Origin: an uncultured Christensenellaceae bacterium | GTDB lineage: Bacteria; Bacillota; Clostridia; Christensenellales; UBA3700 | Length of the DNA stretch: 64,000 nt | Assembly (NCBI GenBank): GCA_944380355.1 | Contig: CALWHJ010000002.1 | Location: 128,368 to 192,367, forward strand | Direction: 5' to 3' | Position numbers and translations under genes: made by a program | Part shown: one piece after another, positions 56,606 to 64,000 of the stretch | How the letters are laid out: each line of letters starts with the position of its first letter | How positions within the stretch are numbered: position 1 is the first letter of the stretch | The notes under the pieces: model-generated | What the model saw: only the letters and a program-made list of their open reading frames with translations | Told to the model about the DNA's origin: nothing | Databases searched by the model: none

Positions 56606-56722
56606 CGGAAAACTCATACGCGACAAAAAGCGTCGCATTGCGACGGAAAAAATATAATACGATATTTATTAAATTCTTATATTGATATGGCGGGCAATCC
56701 GTCAATATGACAGGAGGTAATT

Positions 56723-59700
56723 ATGACAAAAGCAAGAAAACAAAGTCTTATGCTAGTTGTAGCGTTAGCATTGATTCTGTTTTTAGTTGCGTCTATCATC
56801 TTGGCTACCTCCAACGTCTCTACAGCCATTGCCGAAGACAGCAGTACTGTCGCAGGCAGCGGTAGCGGAAGCGGCTCTATAGCCGCGTCGGGAGACGAAG
56901 GAGCAATCGTAATAGGCGATTTGATGATAAACGGCAACGTACCAGAGGGTTACAGTGTATCGGGCACCCCGATTTCCACTGTAGCGGAATTGCAGTCCTT
57001 CTTGCAGGGTAACAACGGAACATACGGTTATCTTACGACAGATATCACCGGCTTCTCTTGGAGCGGTTCGTTTACCAATATCTTGATGGCAGAGGGCAGA
57101 ACGCTTGACGGCTGCGGACATAAGATATATATGACCGCGACTTCGCTCAATACTCAGCCTTGGCAACAGATTAGTGCAAACGCCGATTATAAAAACGCTT
57201 TAAAGAATACGTTTACTCAAGATTTGTCGTATGATGGTTCAGGCTTTCCTGAAGATTACTTTGACCTTAACGGCGGCTTGGTAGGCTATATTCCTTCTAG
57301 CAGCACTATAAAAAATATTAATTTCGTATATAACGGACAAGTGGCTGGTTCGTACAACTCTGCCGAATCGGGTGCAGGTGCAATTATAGCCGCAGTATCT
57401 TCCGGTACGATTGACAACTGTTCTTTGACTGTCAACGGATATCTCGATATTGCTACGAAAGGCACAGAGGCTGACTTCTGGGGCGGTTATAAAGAGATGG
57501 CGCGTCACTCCTATGCTATTGGCGGATACGTAGGACTTTTGTCTAACAACGGCGTGGTGTCCAACTCCAAGATTACTTTGAACGGCACTACTCATACAAA
57601 TTCCAACGTAGGTACTGCTGCTAATATCAGCGCGTCCAGAGGTGCAAACCGTAGCGCTAACGTCAGAGTATGGGGCGGCGGCGTAGCAGGCTGGATGGGC
57701 AACGGCGCATCCGTCTACAATATCACCACGGCAGGTAGCGGCAATATCGCCGCAGTAACGGGTTACACCGGAAGTAACGCGGGCGATAACCCTCTTTCCT
57801 ATTCGGGTATAGTAGCAGGAAGCTGTGCTATTCCTTCCCAAAATACAGGCAACCAGTCGAGCTTAGTCGGCGATATTTTGAGCGCAGGCTCTATCGACGG
57901 CGTTATCAATACCTGGACGGGCAGAGCGGTTTATCTTGTTAAGGATACGAGTAACTCACCGATAGGTCAGGTCAACAACTCAATCGCTTCGCAGATATGC
58001 GGTCTTTCGGGCAACCAAAAGAACAGCAGCGCTACCGTATCCAACGTATACTTTATGTATGACGAGTCCGAGATTGAAAACTCCAGCGTAACGGGTTACA
58101 ACTTCGCTACGGGAACTTGCGGTATGAGCGTAACGCGTATCTACATAATGGATTACAATGAGTCAACGGGGCAGTATTATAACGTTAACGGAACTGCAAA
58201 GGCAGCCAACGCTTATCTTACTTTCTCCAGCAACCTCAAGACTGCAGACGTTCTTGCGGTTTACGATACTGACCTTCAGAATAACCCCGGCGCTATTCTC
58301 TGGCAGATGGAAGTAAACCTCGATACCGCCAACAATACCAGCGGTGATATCACCAACTTCTACGACAAGATTACCACGAAAAAAGAGGCAGGTAAATACG
58401 AAGTTACCTATACCACTATCGAAAGAACTCATTCTTCTCCTACGGAAATCAAATACCAGCTCGGTAAAATCGTATATTACAAGTTCAGATTCAGCGACAA
58501 CGTAACCGCTACTCCCGAAGGCAAGAATTACAGACTTTCCGACAAAGAGTACGACGGCTCGAGAGTTATTATTCCCAATATCGACGTATACGACTATGCT
58601 ACTAATTCCGTATGCAAGACTATTGATTACAACTCTCCCGAAGCAGGTCAGTACTGGGTAGCAAAGAAAGTTGACGATATGAACATCTATTCTCTCGACG
58701 ATACGAAGAACGTGGGCGAATACGAATACTTTATTTACAACAATCAACCCGAGAGCGCAATCGACGTACTCGATACCACCAACAGATACGTTGCCTACAG
58801 ACTTGACAACGACGCTTATCCTACGGACGGTACGGGCGAAACTACCGGCGCTACAACGTGGCAGCCCAGAGTTTATCAGAACGTAGTTCCCAAAACTCTT
58901 ACCATCAATCTCAATAAGCCCGCCGACTTTGCGGCTAACAATCAATACGACGGCGAAGCAGTTCTTTATTCGACGTCAATCGCATCCGGTCTCGTATCGG
59001 GCGACAGCGTTGACATAACGCTCAAATACTTCAATTCCGACGGCTCTTTGCCCGACAACAATTCCGCAATCAACGCGGGAGACTATTACGTAATAATAGA
59101 GTCGCTCTCCAATTCGAACTATACGTTCAATGAGACGCGTGACGACTTTACCATTGCAAAACGAGAGGTCGCTATACTCAACAATACGTTGACTCCTTTT
59201 GAGTCCGACTATTACCTCTCTGTACAGTACAACGGTCTCGACCAGTCGCTCACTTACGGTATTTACAACGAAAAGCCCGCGCTTCCCGGCGAGAATATCG
59301 TAATTTGCAACGTCCTTGACAAGGACCACAGCATTATCAACGTAGCGCACAACGGCGACACCGTCAACGTAGGTTCGTTCAATGTCAATATCGGACTCAA
59401 CGAAGGTATTGCAGCACGCAACTACAACCTTTCCGCAAACGTAACTTACACCGTATACATTGATAAAGCAGACGCAGTTCTCAATCTTACCGAAACAGAG
59501 AAATCTATCGCATTCGGACAAATCAACTCTGCACCCGCAATCACCGTAACCGGCGTAAACAACGAAGTTCCTACGGGCGAATGGTACTTTATTGACTACG
59601 ACCTCAAGGATACTCCTTTCTCTGTTACCGAGTATACTCAGGGAGTTCCTTCCGTTGCAGGTAAATACGCTGTAGTATACTACGTAGGCGGTTCCTTCGG

Positions 59701-62452
59701 CGTAAACAAGAATTACAACGAAACGGTAAGCGCAGCTTGTACTTATACCGTAACTCCCCGTAAGGTTACCGTAACGTTTGACGATGGTTTGCCTACGAGT
59801 TACGAGTACAACGGCAGTGCTGTACCCGTAGCAGCAATTTACGAAACTCAGAACAACGAGACAAACACAGGTTTGCTCAACATACACGCAGGCAGAGTAA
59901 CGCTTGAATATGTATTCGTTAAGAACGGCAGCGAAACCGTCAGCGAAGCAATCGATGCGGGTTCTTATACCGCAACTGCTAAGCTTTTTGCTTCCTTCGA
60001 TATCTCCAGCTACGAGATTATTTACGAGGACGGCGGTTTTGCATTTGAAATCGCTCCTAAGCAAGTAGGAGTTAATATTGCCGACGCACAAAAGGTTTAC
60101 GGCGAACTTGACCCTGAATTCGTTTGGTCTTATGCCGATGCAGAAAAGACTTTCCTCGAGAGAGACGGCGTTGTTCTCACTCTCTCTACTGCTGCAGGAC
60201 AGTTCGGCGGTGTAGGCGAGTACGATATTACCTGCACTTCCACCGAAGGCAACGTATCCAACTACGATATCGTTTACGACAACGGTACTATGACCGTAGC
60301 TCCTTACGAAGTAAGCGTTGTTACCACCACGTCCAAGACGACTATGGTATACGGCGACGAAGCTCCCGTATTCGGTTTTGAGTACGTAGGCGACAACAGA
60401 TTCTACGAGGGTGACGGCATCGTTATTACTGCCGTAGCAGATAAAGAAGTAAAGAATGTAGGCACTTACGAAGTAATCGTAACGGGCTACAACGACAACT
60501 ATATCGTCAATATGGAAAAGGCTACGTTTGAAATCACTCCTAAGGATATCCGTATCCTCAGTGCCGAAATCGTAGGCGAAGACAGCTTTGTATACACAGG
60601 TGGAGTTATCGCTCCCGAGGTAAGTGCCGTATTCGAAGACGGCGCACTCGTAGGCGATGATACCGTAAGTGTAGCTTTCGATTACTTCCAGAACGGCGAA
60701 AAGGTCAACGCAATCAACGTAGGTACTTATGATGCAGTTATCAGCGGCGTTGACAGCCCCAACTACAATCTCGTTATCGCTGAGGGACAAGAGCTTCCTT
60801 CCACGACCTTTACAATCACCCAAAGAGAAGTAAGCATTACCGTAAACAATGCTACCAGAGAATACGGTATAGCAACTATCACTCCCGTAGGCGATCCTTA
60901 TACTTACAATACTTCCGTAACGTTTGCACAATCCGATATCGATTCAGGCAGACTCATAGTCGAGCTTGTGACAGATGTAGAAATTACTGCAGGCGCACAG
61001 GATTATCCCGACAGCCTGACAATCGTTATCAGCGGTGAGGCTGCTGACAATTATATCCTTACCGTTACCCAGAAGGGTACTCTTACCGTAACGGGCACGA
61101 GCATCTCTTCCATACAGCTTGTTGCTGACCAGACGAGCTATACGGGTGAAAACCTTATCGGTCAAATCGCGTTTAACGTAGCTGAAGGCATTACCGGTTA
61201 TACCTATAAGATTACTTCCGATGCAGAAGGTCTCAACGTAATTACCGAAATAATCAATGCAGGTACGTATTACGTAACCGTTTCCGTTGACGGCAGCGGT
61301 TCGATGTTCACAGGCGAGCCCAACACTCTTACCTTTGTAGTAAACAAGGCTGAGAGAATTTTGAGCGCAGACGATATCGAAAAGATTGTCAACTACAACA
61401 AACTTACTTTCAACAGTGCTTTTGAAAATATGCAGTACAAGGTAGATGACGGTGCATATCTCACTACCAACACGTTCGACGCAAAAGCTCTCACGTCTTA
61501 CACCGTAAGCGCAAAAGCAGGCGAGACTGACAACTATCTCGAGTCCAACGAAGTTACATTTACCGTAACCACGGGTATCAATCCTTCGACGGTTATTGCT
61601 GCTATCGACTCTATTGACAAGGTAGACTTCAGCAATATCGACGAATACAAGAGTATGTTGTCTCAGCTCGAACTCGTAGGCGAAGACGATATGGCATCTA
61701 TCGACACCGAAAAGGTTGAGGCACTCAGACAGTCTTATGAAGATTTGCTCAGCGGTGCAATAGACGTTATCGGCGGAGCGCAATCCGTAGCAACCAAGGC
61801 TTCGGGTATGACAGGCAAAGGCGCGTTGACTCTTGCACTTACCACGGGCGCAGGTCTTGCGCTTGCAGGCGTAATGCTTTCCGTATCCGCTAAGAAAAGA
61901 GAAAAGGATAACAAGAAGAAAATGCCTAAAGCCAACAAGAAAAATCTCTTCAAGGTAATGATCGCAACTGTTGCAATAGCTACCGTATTCGCAGTAGTGT
62001 TTGCAGCTTGCGAAACCAAAACCTTCAATCAGGATTCTCTCTTCCAGCTTGCTTCTTACTCCAAGGCGAGCAACGAGAAGGACAGAGAAGTAGTCATCGA
62101 AGTAAAGAGCGGCTCTACGCTTATCTATAAGTACGATGACGGAGAAGAAACTTTCGCAGACGGACTCAATCCTGACGGCAGCTTCTCCCTCTCGGGTAAG
62201 GGTACGGGATTCAACTTCAAAAACGAGTACTTCGAAAACGCATCGTTTACCGATTCAAACGGAACGGCGACTTTCAAAGCGGATATCAAGGACGCTAAAA
62301 ACTTCCTCGGAATATCTTCCGCTACTAATGGCAAAGTTACCGTAACGGCAGATTCGGCAAACAGCAAGCTCAAGACTATATCGGTCAGCTACGACGTAGA
62401 AAGCAACGGCACGACTTACAGCGTAAGCGTAAACGTTACTATGAAATACTGA
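56723..62452 (+). CDS. Giant (1,909 aa) surface protein paralogous to the preceding gene at its head, with ~8-10 MBG-like repeats, a TM anchor and an in-frame C-terminal lipoprotein-like module
   Basis: The RBS is aggagg. The head motifs LDGCGHKIYMTA, GGLVGYIPSSSTIKNINF and GTIDNCSLTVNG parallel LDGNGYKVSIEA, GTIKNLTIDF and GTIDNIRLNVNG of the 1,800-aa protein. The repeated units have the form (I/V)xPKxVxV...YG/YDG. Confidence 0.8.
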   Translation: MTKARKQSLMLVVALALILFLVASIILATSNVSTAIAEDSSTVAGSGSGSGSIAASGDEGAIVIGDLMINGNVPEGYSVSGTPISTVAELQSFLQGNNGTYGYLTTDITGFSWSGSFTNILMAEGRTLDGCGHKIYMTATSLNTQPWQQISANADYKNALKNTFTQDLSYDGSGFPEDYFDLNGGLVGYIPSSSTIKNINFVYNGQVAGSYNSAESGAGAIIAAVSSGTIDNCSLTVNGYLDIATKGTEADFWGGYKEMARHSYAIGGYVGLLSNNGVVSNSKITLNGTTHTNSNVGTAANISASRGANRSANVRVWGGGVAGWMGNGASVYNITTAGSGNIAAVTGYTGSNAGDNPLSYSGIVAGSCAIPSQNTGNQSSLVGDILSAGSIDGVINTWTGRAVYLVKDTSNSPIGQVNNSIASQICGLSGNQKNSSATVSNVYFMYDESEIENSSVTGYNFATGTCGMSVTRIYIMDYNESTGQYYNVNGTAKAANAYLTFSSNLKTADVLAVYDTDLQNNPGAILWQMEVNLDTANNTSGDITNFYDKITTKKEAGKYEVTYTTIERTHSSPTEIKYQLGKIVYYKFRFSDNVTATPEGKNYRLSDKEYDGSRVIIPNIDVYDYATNSVCKTIDYNSPEAGQYWVAKKVDDMNIYSLDDTKNVGEYEYFIYNNQPESAIDVLDTTNRYVAYRLDNDAYPTDGTGETTGATTWQPRVYQNVVPKTLTINLNKPADFAANNQYDGEAVLYSTSIASGLVSGDSVDITLKYFNSDGSLPDNNSAINAGDYYVIIESLSNSNYTFNETRDDFTIAKREVAILNNTLTPFESDYYLSVQYNGLDQSLTYGIYNEKPALPGENIVICNVLDKDHSIINVAHNGDTVNVGSFNVNIGLNEGIAARNYNLSANVTYTVYIDKADAVLNLTETEKSIAFGQINSAPAITVTGVNNEVPTGEWYFIDYDLKDTPFSVTEYTQGVPSVAGKYAVVYYVGGSFGVNKNYNETVSAACTYTVTPRKVTVTFDDGLPTSYEYNGSAVPVAAIYETQNNETNTGLLNIHAGRVTLEYVFVKNGSETVSEAIDAGSYTATAKLFASFDISSYEIIYEDGGFAFEIAPKQVGVNIADAQKVYGELDPEFVWSYADAEKTFLERDGVVLTLSTAAGQFGGVGEYDITCTSTEGNVSNYDIVYDNGTMTVAPYEVSVVTTTSKTTMVYGDEAPVFGFEYVGDNRFYEGDGIVITAVADKEVKNVGTYEVIVTGYNDNYIVNMEKATFEITPKDIRILSAEIVGEDSFVYTGGVIAPEVSAVFEDGALVGDDTVSVAFDYFQNGEKVNAINVGTYDAVISGVDSPNYNLVIAEGQELPSTTFTITQREVSITVNNATREYGIATITPVGDPYTYNTSVTFAQSDIDSGRLIVELVTDVEITAGAQDYPDSLTIVISGEAADNYILTVTQKGTLTVTGTSISSIQLVADQTSYTGENLIGQIAFNVAEGITGYTYKITSDAEGLNVITEIINAGTYYVTVSVDGSGSMFTGEPNTLTFVVNKAERILSADDIEKIVNYNKLTFNSAFENMQYKVDDGAYLTTNTFDAKALTSYTVSAKAGETDNYLESNEVTFTVTTGINPSTVIAAIDSIDKVDFSNIDEYKSMLSQLELVGEDDMASIDTEKVEALRQSYEDLLSGAIDVIGGAQSVATKASGMTGKGALTLALTTGAGLALAGVMLSVSAKKREKDNKKKMPKANKKNLFKVMIATVAIATVFAVVFAACETKTFNQDSLFQLASYSKASNEKDREVVIEVKSGSTLIYKYDDGEETFADGLNPDGSFSLSGKGTGFNFKNEYFENASFTDSNGTATFKADIKDAKNFLGISSATNGKVTVTADSANSKLKTISVSYDVESNGTTYSVSVNVTMKY

Positions 62453-62475
62453 TTGATTAAAATCAAATCCGATAG

Positions 62476-62509
62476 AGGGACTGCACGGCGTGCGGTCCCT
62501 TTATTATTA
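62476..62509 (+). terminator. Rho-independent terminator ending the giant-protein locus
   Basis: gggactgcac (62477-62486) pairs with gtgcggtccc (62490-62499), with one G-U pair, and is followed by tttattatt. Confidence 0.65.
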
Positions 62510-62663
62510 TTATCGGATTAAGGAAAAAGCAGTAAACCAGCAGTGTGCAGAGTGCGGTTTTAGTTTTGCGCCCGACGAAAAATTTAACGGTGTGGGTTAA
62601 GAAGTTTTACAATATTTTGAGTGTCAATGCGTATGCTTGCGTTTGGCAGTAGTTTGACTTTTG

Positions 62664-62692
62664 TTGCAAAAGATTGCAAAGTAAGTTATAAT
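62664..62692 (+). promoter_or_regulatory. Candidate SigA promoter (TTGCAA-17-TATAAT)
   Basis: TTGCAA at 62664-62669, a 17-nt spacer, TATAAT at 62687-62692. Confidence 0.5.
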
Positions 62693-62775
62693 ATTTATAT
62701 ATTTTACGGATGGCTTTTCGGTAAGCGCGTAACAATGCGATTTAATCCGAAAGACATAAAAAAACGGAGGTTGAT

Positions 62776-63942
62776 ATGCAGACAAGCACTGTTATAGCGG
62801 GCGGCGGCGCAAGCGGAATACTTGCGGCAATAGTTTGTGCGCGCAAGGGCGATGATGTAGTTTTGCTGGAAAAAAACGACCGTATCGGCAAAAAGTTGCT
62901 TTCAACAGGAAACGGCAAGTGCAATCTCTCGAATATCAATTGTACTCCCGACGATTACAATACGCCTTTCGTCAAAGACGTTATCGACAGATATCCTCCT
63001 CAAAAAGTAGTGGAGTTTTTCTCTTCGCTGGGACTGTTGACGCGCGTTGACGAGGAGGGCAGAGTTTACCCGTATAGCGAAAGCGCGACTACCGTGCTGA
63101 ATGTACTGATGAGAAATCTTCTAAATTACGGCGTGCGCGTAATTACGCAATGCGAAGTCAGAGAAATAGTAAGAAAAGAGGACAAATGGATTGCACTCAC
63201 CGACAAGGGAGAGTTTAGTTGCGACAAGCTGATAGTGGCTACGGGAAGCGACGCGACTTCGGGTAGCAAAAGCTATTCGCTGGTGCAATCTCTGGGTCAC
63301 GCCCTCACGCCCGTGAATTACGCGATTGCGCCCCTTCTTTGCAAGGATATAAAAGGAGCCAACGGCGTAAGGGCAAAAGTCCTCGCGCAAATAGCAGTAG
63401 ACGGAGAAACTCTTATGAGTGAGAGAGGAGAGATGCTTTTCAAGGATAATGCGCTCTCGGGCGTGCTTGCCTTCAGACTGTCGAGTATGCTTGCGCGCAA
63501 AAAGGGAAAATTCTCGTCTTGCAAAGTAACTATAGACTTCGTACCCGATTACAGTGAGGAAAAGCTCAAACAGTTGATTCTCGATTACGACAATGCTATT
63601 AATCCTCTCGATGGTATTTTGCATAAAGCTTTGGCTCTCAACGTAATGTCCCGTACTCCTATGGACAAGTCGTTGTTGATGTCCTCTGCAAAAGCAGGTG
63701 CGCTTGCAAAATCCTGCAAACATTTTGAAGTCAACGTTACGGGTGTAGCAGGCAGAGAGTTTGCGCAGGTTGCGAGCGGCGGTATAAGTACCGACGGCTT
63801 CGATTGTCATACTCTGCAATCGCTCAGGCACAAAGGCTTGTACTGTATAGGCGAAGTGCTTGACGTGGACGGCTTGTGCGGAGGATACAATTTGCAATGG
63901 GCGTGGGCAAGCGCGATGGCAGTCGGAGGTTACGATGATTAG
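62776..63942 (+). CDS. HI0933/BaiN-family NAD(P)/FAD-dependent oxidoreductase
   Basis: The N-terminal dinucleotide fold and family motif are VIAGGGASGILAAI...LLEKNDRIGKKLLSTGNGKCNLSN. The C-terminus is GEVLDVDGLCGGYNLQWAWASA. Confidence 0.8.
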   Translation: MQTSTVIAGGGASGILAAIVCARKGDDVVLLEKNDRIGKKLLSTGNGKCNLSNINCTPDDYNTPFVKDVIDRYPPQKVVEFFSSLGLLTRVDEEGRVYPYSESATTVLNVLMRNLLNYGVRVITQCEVREIVRKEDKWIALTDKGEFSCDKLIVATGSDATSGSKSYSLVQSLGHALTPVNYAIAPLLCKDIKGANGVRAKVLAQIAVDGETLMSERGEMLFKDNALSGVLAFRLSSMLARKKGKFSSCKVTIDFVPDYSEEKLKQLILDYDNAINPLDGILHKALALNVMSRTPMDKSLLMSSAKAGALAKSCKHFEVNVTGVAGREFAQVASGGISTDGFDCHTLQSLRHKGLYCIGEVLDVDGLCGGYNLQWAWASAMAVGGYDD

Positions 63943-64000
63943 ACTAAATCAGCTAAAATTGCCTGTCGGCTATACCGATATTCAGCTGGACAACGCAGTT
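63935..64000 (+). CDS. Start of the next gene (partial; MIRLNQLKLPVGYTDIQLDNAV), possibly a COG2509-type FAD-dependent protein
   Basis: The ATG at 63935 overlaps the preceding stop by 8 nt. Only 22 codons are visible, and the family guess is from the N-terminal pattern alone. Confidence 0.35.
   Translation, partial: MIRLNQLKLPVGYTDIQLDNAV

Noticed and set aside
43246-62452. A diversity-generating retroelement or phase-variation machinery acting on the giant surface genes.
   Set aside because: There is no reverse transcriptase, no template/variable repeat pair, no invertase and no long homopolymer or short tandem repeat tract in or around the locus.
51166-62452. Sortase (LPXTG) anchoring of the giant proteins.
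   Set aside because: No LPXTG-like motif precedes either C-terminal hydrophobic helix, and no sortase gene is in the window. I describe them as tail-anchored instead.

Overview
The window looks like a chromosomal segment of a Bacillota (Clostridia-type) genome; this is inferred from gene content, lipobox usage and promoter/terminator style, because no database search was possible. Most of it is ordinary core genome. Recognisable genes include citrate synthase, inorganic pyrophosphatase, comEC-holA, cdaA, aspartate kinase, ung, a PHP histidinol-phosphatase-like gene, a GH95-like glycosidase, an NlpC/P60 hydrolase, a TetR regulator and an OmpR/HK two-component pair.

Four things stand out.

1. 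A roughly 4.8-kb strongly AT-rich island (~10.93-15.76 kb) abuts tRNA-Leu(CAA). It carries one 1,504-aa ORF with an N-terminal sacsin/MORC-like GHKL ATPase head and a C-terminal DUF3883-like PD-(D/E)xK nuclease module. It has no integrase and no partner genes. This is my best candidate for an uncharacterised single-gene defence or conflict system.

2. Between that gene and the tRNA lie two near-identical 195-bp tandem units. Each begins with the last 21 nt of the tRNA, which is an att-like duplication.

3. The 1.2-kb intergenic region at 37.69-38.75 kb holds a degenerate array of ~115-135-bp repeats. They share a conserved small hairpin with one compensatory base-pair change and conserved terminal motifs.

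4. A 19.2-kb locus (43,246-62,452) encodes three giant secreted or anchored proteins of 2,633, 1,800 and 1,909 aa, directly downstream of the two-component system. The last of these has a complete lipoprotein-like module nested in frame behind its membrane anchor.

The many long ORFs antisense to real genes are codon-aligned artefacts of TTA/CTA/TCA avoidance. All product calls rest on motifs I recognise by eye. No HMM or BLAST search was run, so family names are hypotheses.
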